Positions 51,940-51,940 of a DNA stretch of 51,940 nucleotides are shown one piece after another. Position 1 is the first letter of the stretch, and every line of letters begins with the position of its first letter. The notes beneath the pieces are model-generated. The model had not been told where the DNA came from. It saw nothing but the letters and a program-made list of their open reading frames with translations, and searched no databases. The position numbers and the translations under genes are program-made. Source of the DNA: Minisyncoccia bacterium (GTDB taxonomy: Bacteria; Patescibacteriota; Minisyncoccia; 2-02-FULL-40-12; IGHO2-01-FULL-4-A); the NCBI GenBank assembly GCA_041499075.1, contig JBGQJN010000002.1, forward strand, positions 1-51,940. The letters are read 5' to 3'.

Positions 51940-51940
51940 G

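Overview
The window reads as an AT-rich bacterial chromosome segment with short intergenic spacers. Most genes are on the - strand. Gene content suggests a small-genome, surface-attached organism, possibly Patescibacteria/CPR-like, but that lineage call is inference only. The content includes an archaeal-type PGI/PMI, many exported hydrolases and two giant PT-linker surface proteins.

Layout:
- 1-6.4 kb: visibly more G+C-rich. It carries a type I R-M module (partial hsdR plus an HsdM-HsdS fusion), a repeat- and hairpin-dense non-coding stretch, and a large serine recombinase. This is probably the end of an integrated mobile element.
- 6.4-12.8 kb: envelope and secretion genes (S8 protease, O-antigen-ligase-like protein, PGI/PMI, PLD).
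- 12.8-14.5 kb: a tRNA array (Trp, Thr, Tyr, Thr) plus rpmG, which is missing from the ORF track.
- 14.5-22.4 kb: glycan genes (epimerase, priming sugar transferase, gmd) and putative peptidases.
- 23-38 kb: two giant surface proteins (1707 and 1569 aa) flanking FKBP, znuABC-like and orphan genes.
- 38-52 kb: S53 and M23 peptidases, a beta-propeller protein, an aquaporin, a dGTPase-like HD protein, many small genes, and a MerR-GHKL/STAS-like pair.

The observation I rate highest is in the tRNA array. tRNA-Trp and tRNA-Tyr are each followed by a homologous ~140-nt multi-hairpin, non-coding element. Its termini copy the T-arm and 3' acceptor strand of the adjacent tRNA. Its helices differ in sequence between the two copies but stay complementary. 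I cannot assign it to any RNA family or mobile-element class I know.

All calls come from reading the sequence and translations by eye. No searches, folding programs or composition statistics were run.
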